Shown here: in pieces, positions 54,457 to 64,000 of the stretch
Layout of the letters: the number at the start of each line of letters is the position of its first letter
Numbering within the stretch: position 1 is the stretch's first letter
DNA from: Octopus vulgaris
Taxonomy: Eukaryota
Direction of reading: 5' to 3'
Assembly: GCA_951406725.2 (NCBI GenBank)
Contig: OX597814.1
Coordinates: 117,614,001 to 117,678,000 of the forward strand
Length of the DNA stretch: 64,000 nt
Made by a program: the position numbers and the translations under genes
The notes under the pieces: generated by a model
Told to the model about the DNA's origin: nothing
Databases searched by the model: none
What the model saw: the letters and a program-made list of their open reading frames with translations, nothing else

Positions 54457-54650
54457 TGCTAATATTAACAATCGGTAGAAGTTAGAGATTGACTCAAAAT
54501 CCGAAGGTTTCATGAGCGGTGCTCCTCTAGCACACGGTTTCGTATCCTGAAATCAAGTACATTTGATAAAAGCCAACGCACGAACTTTTCGACCCATAAG
54601 TCTCTCTGTAAATTCTACAGATTATATATGCACACACACACGCACACACA

Positions 54651-54724
<74 letters not shown>

Positions 54725-55096
54725 CACACACACACATATATATACCTGTATAAATTCACACGTGCGTATGTACACATTTGCCTACAGAATGTAGGTATGC
54801 TGCAGGGGTAAGAATTCGTATCGTGAATGTGCTGCAATAGTGTTGGGTTGGAAATGTGTTCGTATACTTGTAAATAAACATTCAGTTATAGTAATGTGTA
54901 ATATATGAAGACTCCGTTAGTTTTATAGATCGAAGTTGTGTGTTTATCTACTACTTGCTTGAATTCAATGACACTAGATTTCTAATTAGTATAACGAGAA
55001 TTTTCAAAAGGAAAAAAAAATCAAAAACAAAAGACGAAATCTGGTGTGTAAAGAACAAACAGATGTATTAGTTTAGCGCTCGGGAAGTCAGAAAGT

Positions 55097-55132
55097 CTGT
55101 TACGATTCGAGCCTATGCATTTCGACAGAAAG
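55097..55132 (-). ncRNA. Degenerate hammerhead-like motif, CUGUNGA family
   Basis: Minus strand: CTTT-CTGTCGA-AATGC-ATAG-GCTC-GAATCGTA-ACAG. Confidence 0.45.
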
Positions 55133-55395
55133 GAACACAGACATAAAGAAGGAGAGGAAATAAGAAAAAAGGTTTAGTGACTGTTTCACTAGATATTTCT
55201 CTCTTGTGTATTTTATTGTGTTCAGTTTATATTTGTGACATATATTTCGCAAACTTTGTCACAGGTGTATTTGTGAAAATGTTGGGATATATATAGATGA
55301 TAAATTTAATGAATTTACCTAAATGAATGTTTTTGTTTTCACGCCAAATTCTCGGAGGCTCTTCTAATTTTGCTACCTTGCCAACGCATTAATAA

Positions 55396-56393
55396 CACTG
55401 TGCAACACTCAAAAAAGTACAAGGGATCTGTGGCCATATATATGTGCAAATTGACATGGGAAATCCATTTCTGGCTTTCTTTTTGTTTAATTAGGCATGG
55501 ATTCTACAGAATTGTCACTGTATACCCTTTTTATCATCATTATTAAATAAAATTCTCTACCGCGTTGTAAAATGGGTTTCAACTAGAGACCAGTCTTAGT
55601 AACACCTACAATGTGATTCAAAGCTTGTGTTGAATGTTATTTTTTATCTTTCAGATCTTATTTGTTTTCAATAATGAGTGCAAGACTGCAAAAATGATCT
55701 AAACAGATTCTGTTATATCTGTATGTAGGGAATTGACTTTTGCTAAAGAAAAGCACAGTACTACATGCCGTATCAAGAAAATATACAAGGCATACTTCGA
55801 TTGTTACTCAGGAGACCAGGATAAGTCATGGGTACCTCATGTGTGTTGCCTTACATGTGTGAAGACATTGAGTGCCTGGTATCATGATATGGAATGTAAC
55901 ATGTCTCTAAATGTTCATGTGCTTCACTCTCATTTGGATTGTTTTGCGGAAAGTCTTGGTGATGTGAGTGATGAGCATGGCGAAAGATTCCATCAGGATA
56001 TTTCAGTGATGGAGCGATGATTCAAAGGAATATGGATTCCTGGTATGTTAGCGGACTACTGCTGGGGTATAAAAAAGATTACACTCCGCACAAGAGGCTT
56101 AGAAGGTCAAACGTTGTTTAAACTGATAGGTGTGTTTTAATTCATAACTAATATATGTTTTGTTATACCAACTAAATTTTTGTTTAGTTTTTTGTAACTT
56201 TCAGTATTTGCAATGTTGTGTTCAATATGTAATATTATGCAATATATCATAAAACATATGGTTCATGGTACAGGAAACCGGTGCCTGATCTGGAGAAATA
56301 AAGGTTGGAATCAGAATCAGCACAATCTTTTGACCCAGAAAAAAGTCTTACTTAACTTGTACTTTTTTTAAACCTGAAATTTGTTGCACAGTG
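55396..56393 (+). mobile_element. Internally deleted Chapaev3 (CMC superfamily) DNA transposon
   Basis: 12-bp TIR CACTGTGCAACA / TGTTGCACAGTG, TAA TSD on both sides; FCYIC, DQDKSWVPHVCC and MSL.VH.LHSHLD.F..LG.VSDEHGERFHQDI..MLADYCW motifs. Confidence 0.85.
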
Positions 56394-57499
56394 TAATTAG
56401 TGCACTTATTAACGGCAAAATATTTAACGCAAGTCTTGTCCATCATATTATTCCTAATTTCACTTTACAAAAACATTTTACACAATAGAGTACACTTTCC
56501 GTATATATCACATTTCAGATATTCTCAAATATCTTCCTTGTTCCCTTATAAATTCAAAGCCTGTCTGTGTTTGTAACCAAATTAATGCTTTGAGTGACCT
56601 TATCGCTGAATATGTTATCGCCACTCTTGTCGATGGCAAATTGGTGGCATATTCCTCATCATACTCAAGCGATAAACGAAAATATTATGGATTCCAGTAA
56701 CAAACGATTTACCTGAGTATTTTCGAGCATATGAGCTGAGCATGCAACGTTTTAGGCTTTCAACTATTATTTATATTTCCAATTCATAATCGTTTTACAG
56801 CGGATTTATTATTTTCTGGAATGCAGTGTTGAGTCGTCCGTAGCATACTTTATTTTATCGTAGTTAGAATTTGTTATGCTATGTATAGCATACATTGTGA
56901 TTTTTTGATCGTATGGTATTCTGTATGACGAGATGCTTTATAGATAAGATTTTCGATTTCACCTTCTCTGTACTAGTGTTAGACTACTACGGTAGAAATA
57001 AACAATTGTGTGAACAGTATTTTAGGAAACTTCATTATCAGTACATTAATCTCTTGAAACCACTTCAACAGTTTTTATTTCTGTCAGATGAAATATTTGC
57101 ACGAAAAGATATTTAATCATTGTTACCATACGTGTGGAATATCGCGATTTAGAAATTGCGAACTTACTAAATATGAAAAGATCTTTTGTACACTAAGTTC
57201 ATATGTAACTGAAAACTTCTGATAGGAAGGTTTCTACTGCATGAAAGAGAATAAGTAATTATAGAGTATAAGGACACCACAGTTTATCCAACTACTTCGA
57301 ACATTATCGACGATGATGTGGCAAAATTTGAAGCGCACCAATCCATGCACGTCGGGTGTCGCAGAGGAATATCACATGCACAAAGATACTAGGTACAATT
57401 CCTGTTTACTGGGGAGAGCTCAGTTCATATCTACAAAGCTGAGGAAAACATTCTCATGCGTACAAACCTTTTACTTAACAAGTTTTAAATAAACCTTTT

Positions 57500-58100
57500 G
57501 AAACTATTATTCTTTGAATTTACGCCGATGATAAAAGGAAGCAGAAATTTCACGCTGACCAGAAGTTTGTTAGTATGGCAGATGGTTCATCGTTGTGTGC
57601 AGATGCTTCCCATTTCACTGGAGTGATTTACACTATGTTTCTAGGAACTGCGTTATCTTAAAAAGTCGTGACTAACGGAAATCTTGTCATGTCACTTTTC
57701 AACAGAGTTTGAGAATTAATGCTGCTGGATACGCTGAGGTACTCGAAAAAGTGGTTAAAGCCTTTGGAGACGAAGTGAAAAATGGAAGGCCATGTGTTTC
57801 ACCACGTCTCAGCACACTCTGAAAAACAAGTGACCCAAGGTTGCATATCATCCAATTTTACGGAGCTGGAACTCCAAACGGGTTGCCTCGACATATGTCA
57901 ATTCCATTGGCAACTACATGTTTGTATTGATGTTGGAAAGCAAAGTATTTGACTCCTTCCAAATACAATAATTTCACTGAAAGCCGCCATTGCGTAGATG
58001 ATAATCGAAATGAATATCAATCATGGACTACAGACATCATGACGATTGAATTTCTGCGTTCAAACAGTCATCGAGACTGAAGCTAAAGTCGTAAATCAAT
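57500..58100 (+). mobile_element. Very decayed Tc1/mariner-like transposase remnant
   Basis: YAEVLEKVVK..GRPCV remnants only. Confidence 0.35.
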
Positions 58101-58221
58101 CTCAGAGAATTCGAGCACATTCTTAATTAAAATCAATACGAAAAATTTGTGCGAGATTGGAATTGTTTTATTAAATTGCTATTTATATCCTCAATTAACT
58201 TCGCACCCTATATATACATAC

Positions 58222-58680
58222 TTCTCTTATCTTCTATCGTTTATATTTTTCTGCCCAAAGGCTGTGGTCAAGCTGGAGCACCGCCACTGAAATAATCTTT
58301 TTAGTGACCATTCTTATGTGCTTGGATTTAGATGAAACAGCGAGTTCGACACATCTGTCCGCTTTTGAGTATCTTAAGTTGATAGGCTCATCTTTGTCGT
58401 TAGACAGTAAAAGATCAAGTTTTTTCTTGAAAACATCTAAATCTGCTCCTGGAAGAACTCTCAGATAACTTAGCTGCTGGTCCTAGAATCTCAACGTATT
58501 GCTCTACATGGTCTTCATTCCAGGCGTGTTAGATGGGAATTTTGAAGCAGTGCAGTGACTTCCAGTTAACTGCCAATCCCTCTAGAATCTTCCTCCAAGA
58601 TCAGTTCATAAATGTCTATGATGTTTCCATTCCTTCAAGACGTTGGTCTTCAAGCGACATATGACCATTCTTAAAGCGAA
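58222..58680 (-). mobile_element. CR1-group LINE 3' fragment whose UTR matches the SINE A tail
   Basis: Minus translation GADLDVFKKKLDLLLS..DEP; UTR GGCGGTGCTCCAGC at 58272-58285. Confidence 0.65.
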
Positions 58681-59239
58681 AAAAACACTCATAAACTTGT
58701 TTACTGCTCATGACATTGTCCTTTTAGGTTGTGTCAGGCATGAAAACTGTTTCAACCGCCGTTTTTCCTTAGTAGAAAACAGAATTTCACGGAAGCCCAC
58801 TGCTCCTTCGTTTCAGCTATCGCAAAAATCTACGAACAGGAGAGACACACTTCAAAACAAAGACGCATCACAAAGTAGTACGACCCGAGCAGACGACGTC
58901 AGTCGTCAGACTAGTGACGGAGGGTCGTACCTAGTGGCGTCTAACGGCAGAAGCCAGAATTATAAAAACTCCCACTGAAAACGTTTCTGATTACTGTTGG
59001 GTGATCCTGAATGTATGTCTCTATGTACGTTTGTGTGTATATATATTAATCAAACGACATACTAAATATGTCTAACTGATGAATATAACAATCAAAGCTC
59101 TTATTCAAATAGCCTAAAAAGTCACTGATAATAATTGCAGAAATCAACCGTCTGCGAGCAAACGGGTCAAGACAATATTTTAACATACATTCAAGTATTT
59201 AGACTTATATATGTATGTAAGTATATGAATGGTAAAGAC

Positions 59240-59545
59240 ATCCTCCGGCCACGAATGATCTTGGGGCTGCACCTAGAAACTTTACTTTCGGGTAAGATTG
59301 TCTGTGGAGCAGAAGTAGTCGCCCATGCAGACCGGTATCTTCTCTCCTCTGTATCAATGTTGGTCAAGGGAAGGCCAACTCCAATATAGCTTAGCATCAG
59401 CGACGTAGCAGCTCATTTCTACAAATAAATGACGTGGAGTAACTTCAAATAAAGTGTCTTCCTTGAAAACACAACGAACAGCCCGGTTCGGGAATCGATA
59501 ATAAACCTGAATCCCTAAGTGCTGACTAACGCGTCTTCACAGGCA
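59240..59545 (-). mobile_element. Diverged tRNA-derived SINE (family C; related head at about 35750-35880 on plus)
   Basis: Minus strand GAAGACGCGT head, TCGATTCCC B-box remnant, AAGACACTTTATTT body. Confidence 0.5.
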
Positions 59546-59819
59546 CACACAAACTACACTGCCATCATCCCGGGAATACGGAACATGATCTTAAATAACA
59601 CGAGATGTGGGAATGCGGGGAGTGTGTCATTAAAATACTGATAAATTCCATCTAGGGATTATTATTGTTAATACTATATTTATCCATCATTATATCGGCA
59701 CAGCACGTTGCGACCGCTGGTCTGTTGTTGCCGGTTGACAGTACTTAACTATAGCCGGCATAATAGAATAACGGCATATATAAGAATATTCAAAACGTTG
59801 CCGGTAAAGGAACTTAAAT

Positions 59820-59893
<74 letters not shown>

Positions 59894-59999
59894 CATATAT
59901 ATACATAGGGGAAGAATTCGCGATAAAAACAAAAGACGAAGACAGGTGGTGTAGAAAACAAACAGATGTATTAGTATAACGCTCGGGAATTGAAAACGT

Positions 60000-60035
60000 C
60001 TTTTACGGTTCGAGCATACGCTCTTCCACAGAAAG
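60000..60035 (-). ncRNA. Hammerhead-like motif, CUGUNGA family (element about 59905-60110)
   Basis: Minus strand: CTTT-CTGTGGA-A-GAGC-GTAT-GCTC-GAACCGTA-AAAG. Confidence 0.5.
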
Positions 60036-60679
60036 GAACACACAAAGAAACAAGGACTGAAACAAGTAGAGAAAGAAAATGTGCGTATTGGCTACCGATC
60101 TATCATTATGAAATAAATATACGTGTGTGTGTGTGCGTGTGCGTATGCGTGTGTATGCGTGAGTCTGTGTGTGTACACGTTCCATTTAATATTTGTTTGT
60201 CTTGAAGTAGTGTTGCTGCTTTCATTTTGAATAGCTTGCTTTTAAATTTCTTATGACTTTAGAGTGCAATACGTCTTTAGCTATATACGTGTGTTATATT
60301 TTCTTCTTCTACCGAATCTGCTTAAGCTGTTCCTATTCCACAATTTTGTTTTCGTTCACTTAACGTTTTAACAGATTTTATCACATCAGAAAGACGGAAC
60401 CCTGTCGTCATTAATCTCTTAAGAAGATTTAGCATCGGCTCGTTTATTATGTGTTGGTCTTACCTTCTGTTGTACATGCCAACCTTCTGACATAATGCTG
60501 CCTCTCCTCTTATATTTCACGAAGTGTGCTTTCATGACATTCTGAAACATAATCATATATGTACCAATACATTTAAAGAAATAATCATATATCTTTTTAA
60601 CTCGTTTTCTTTTGGAGAAACTTAAGCTTTGTAATAGCTCCAAATAACTGGGATTATTCAAATTATCCATTGAGCATTC

Positions 60680-61830
60680 TGGAGAGAGACGCCTTTAATC
60701 TTCAGGGCGGTACGTTTTGCCACATACTATGTACATTCATAAGCACACACACATCACAGTATCATAAAACTGAATAGGCCATCTAATGCCGTTACACACT
60801 GCTGGTCACAATGCGGTTACAATTTTGTCATGATTGCGCCATTCTCTTCCATACTGACCCAAACTTCTTGACAAGAACTTCTCCCCATCCTAGTGAAGGT
60901 CTTCAAAATAGTTTTTCCTATCTCTTGGATAGCCCTCGGCGACTACAAATGCTGCGACATGTCCTCCTTAGGGAACATTTGATACTCTTCGATCACATTG
61001 TTCACTCATTTCCGTTCTCGAATTAACTTGCTTCAAACGTGCTCGCTTAGTGATATTCTTAGCATGGATCTTTCCACGGCCCGTTGCGTCGTAGCCAATT
61101 GATAATCTATCTTCTTCAGAGTAACCCACGTTTCCCCGACGTAATAAGAGTGAACGTAGGTTAGCTTTTTTATAGAATCTGACACGTATGGCATTGTATA
61201 GATTTGTGTGGAGCCCGTCTTTTATCGAGTTAAATGCCTCCCATTCTATTTAAGATTCCAGCATCCATATCTCGGCGCATATTTACTGTGTGGCTGAAGT
61301 ACAAGTTTCCACCTCGATGTCATTGCTTACCAGCTGAGAGTCTATTAAGGTTTCCATAAGAAGTATAATACAATAAATCACGTATCTTCTCTAACACCAC
61401 TCATAGAACAGGCGAAGGATTACAAGATCCCTCTGATTATATCGCTTTTTTTCATTATGAAAAGGTCTTTGATACTGTCGAAATGAAAGTATTGATATCT
61501 CTGGAAAAGCAAGGTACTGGAGCGCCATACGTTAACCTGCTTAGGGATACGAACTCTGGATGAACAATAGGTATACCTCCGCTATCAGTATCAGTATGGT
61601 TCCCGATTGAAATGAGTGTCAAGCAAAGAGATACCATATCTTCAAAACTCTTTACTGCAGGTCTATAAATGGCCATGAAGGACATGAAGAAGACAGGCGG
61701 CGTGAACAGCAAAGGCGAGCAAAGGACAAACTTCGATTTGCAGAGAGCGTTGTATTCGTCGCAAAAAAAAGGCTTGACCAGCTGCCTGCCATAGTTGCAG
61801 AGCTTTGCAGTAGGCCTTAAAAATTAACCG
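60680..61830. mobile_element. Decayed RTE-clade LINE with inverted 5' segment
   Basis: Minus 60680-61330: TTQRAVERSML.ISLSEHV..IRER; plus 61350-61830: YEKVFDTVE..VKQRDTISSKLF (RT). Confidence 0.7.
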
Positions 61831-62287
61831 CATTAAAACACAGTATATGAGGCAGGAGGTTATAGCACATGCCTGAATACATACATACGTACATGCATAA
61901 GTTCATACATACCTTCACACACACACACACACATACATACACGCATATATACATACCTTCATACATAAATGTATGTAGAGACATACATACATACAAACAT
62001 ACATACATTTCATTATAGAAAATCCTAGCTAAAACATCATGTCTTATTGGTAGATAATACCGTAATGACATTTTCGGAAAACTACTTCTGATGTGGGTGA
62101 TATCTTCAGCGTGAACTCCAGAAAGTCTGTATGTATGTATGTATGTATGTATGTATGTATGTATGTATGTATGTATGTATGTATGTACGTATGTATGTAT
62201 GTATGTACGTATGTATGTATGTATGTATGTATGTATGCATGTACATACATACATACATACATACATACATACATACATACATACATA

Positions 62288-63030
62288 CAGACTTTCTGGA
62301 GTTCACACTGAAGATATCACCCACATCATAAGCAGTTGTCCGAAAATGTCATTACGGTATTATCTACCAATGAGACATGATGCTAGGACTCTCTATAATG
62401 AAATCCGTCTGAAGGATAATCCTGAAGATAAAGAAATAAAGACCCATAATATGGTAGAAGGCATAGCCATTCATAATAAAAAAAGGAATACTCGTTGAAT
62501 GTACCAATGGAAACCTCAGTAACCTGATATAAGGATTTGGGATAGAGAGGAGAAACTGTACACACTTGTAGTAATTAGCTGCCCAGCGGATGTTAACCTA
62601 AAACTGGAGATCAGTGAAAATGAGAACATCTATGCTGAACTTTTGAGAAATCTGCAGTTCAGTTTTATACCTGTAATTATTGGGGCCCTGGGATATATAA
62701 CACACTGCCTAAATAACAACCAAGAGAAATTAGGCTTCTCAAAATCAGAAAGGAGACAGAAAGACAGCAAATTCAAAGACTATAATCCAATCCATCACTG
62801 GAACTGAAAGATCTGTAAAACTTTCCAGAAGTTTATAATTGAAATATATATGAGCATGTCTAGATATGCAACTATACGCATGAGAATACACACTTAAAAC
62901 ATACAAATCTGCACATACATAAAAAGAAAACTACCCTGTTATTTATGTTGAAATTCCAATGAAGGAGACTTGGATCTAGGTTAGGAGGCGGTTCTTTCTC
63001 TATTGGCAAGAAAACTTGAAATAAACTGAA
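62288..63030 (+). mobile_element. 3' fragment of the (CATA)n-associated R4-clade LINE
   Basis: RLSGVHTEDITHIISSCPK..RHD; 3' UTR GAAATTCCAATGAAGGAG shared with 49531; starts directly after (ATAC)n. Confidence 0.85.
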
Positions 63031-63151
63031 TAATGACATAAATGCATAAACGCAAACAATATACATACATATATTTATATATATGACTACACATGGACAA
63101 TTGACGATTTTCCTCATTCTAACTTTTCTTTTCGACTTTCCTATGTTAGCT

Positions 63152-63186
63152 GTTTCCGAAGAAGAGCTTTGCTCGAAACGAAAAAC
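63152..63186 (+). ncRNA. Hammerhead-like motif, CCGAAGA core variant, cleavage triplet mutated
   Basis: GTTT-CCGAAGA-A-GAGC-TTT-GCTC-GAAACGAA-AAAC; same family as 4471-4505. Confidence 0.5.
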
Positions 63187-63295
63187 GACCACTCATTCTT
63201 TCCTTCTCTGAGAGTCGAATTAATATTTTGTATGTATCACGTACTTGCGTCGCTGTTTTTTTCTTGTTGCATCATTTTCTCTGTTTTTCATTGAT

Positions 63296-63345
<50 letters not shown>

Positions 63346-63376
63346 TGTGTTTGTGTGTGTCTGGGGTGGGATGGGG

Positions 63377-63752
63377 GGCGCTAACGTGGCTGTATGGTAA
63401 GAAGTTTGCATCCGAACAACATGGTTCCTTTTTCAGACCCACTGTGTCACTCATTGGCTGTCTCCAACTATATAACGTCTGACCGACCAAAGTTTATGAG
63501 TACATTTGGAAAGAAAACTGAAAGACGTCAGCCGTATGTACATGTGCATGTGCGTGTATATTTGTAACTGCGTTTAACTACTAACACTGCTTGGAAACCG
63601 TTGTTGGTGTGTTTATGCTCTTGTAATGTAGCAGTTAGGCAACAGAGACCTATAGAAACATTACCAAACATGCATAAAACACTGGGAAAGGTCTGAAATC
63701 TTCAATGCGGTACCACAGCGTAGGCACAGGCTAATGACTGGAATAAATAAAA
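63377..63752 (+). mobile_element. Old, diverged SINE family A copy
   Basis: GTGGCTGTATGGTAAG head, GAAAACTGAAAG, GCGGTACCACAGC..TGACTGGAA tail. Confidence 0.7.
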
Positions 63753-63775
63753 GATTTTAAAAAACGGTGTATACA

Positions 63776-63879
<104 letters not shown>

Positions 63880-64000
63880 CATGTTACTTGTTTCGGTCTT
63901 CTTCGGTTTGCTGCCATACTGGGGCACATCAAATATTTTCTTCCTGTTGAACCCTAAAGTTACGGCATGCGAATAAAGCAACGGCGGTTGCCAATCGCTG

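Noticed and set aside
54495-54545. Hammerhead-like CTAGAGGA..GAAAC on the minus strand
   Set aside because: Core has an insertion, and stem I and the cleavage triplet do not form.

Overview
AT-rich, microsatellite-dense eukaryotic (animal) repeat DNA. The tRNA-derived SINE families and repeat make-up suggest an octopus or other cephalopod genome; this is inference, not a database match. No intact host protein-coding gene, rRNA, functional tRNA or CRISPR array is supported, and most ORF-track entries are translations of (TA)n, (CA)n, (TATG)n or (AAT)n. The window holds three decayed Neptune-type Penelope-like elements (PLEs), R4/Dong-type REL-endonuclease LINEs in (TAA)n and (CATA)n tracts, and CR1-group LINEs, one with a single premature stop. 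It also holds an RTE relic with a 5' inversion, mariner, Chapaev3, Helitron and possible piggyBac relics, and more than 15 SINE copies. The main hidden layer is RNA structure: about a dozen type I hammerhead ribozyme (HHR) motifs, mostly in short inserts within (TA)n tracts. The best candidate is a 480-bp-period tandem at 45056-45972 with one intact HHR per unit, which looks like a retrozyme able to release a 480-nt (possibly circular) RNA. Two HHR families carry recurrent non-canonical cores (CUGUNGA, CCGANGA). A decayed C-type-lectin/mucin-like gene may lie at about 4.9-7.1 kb on the minus strand.
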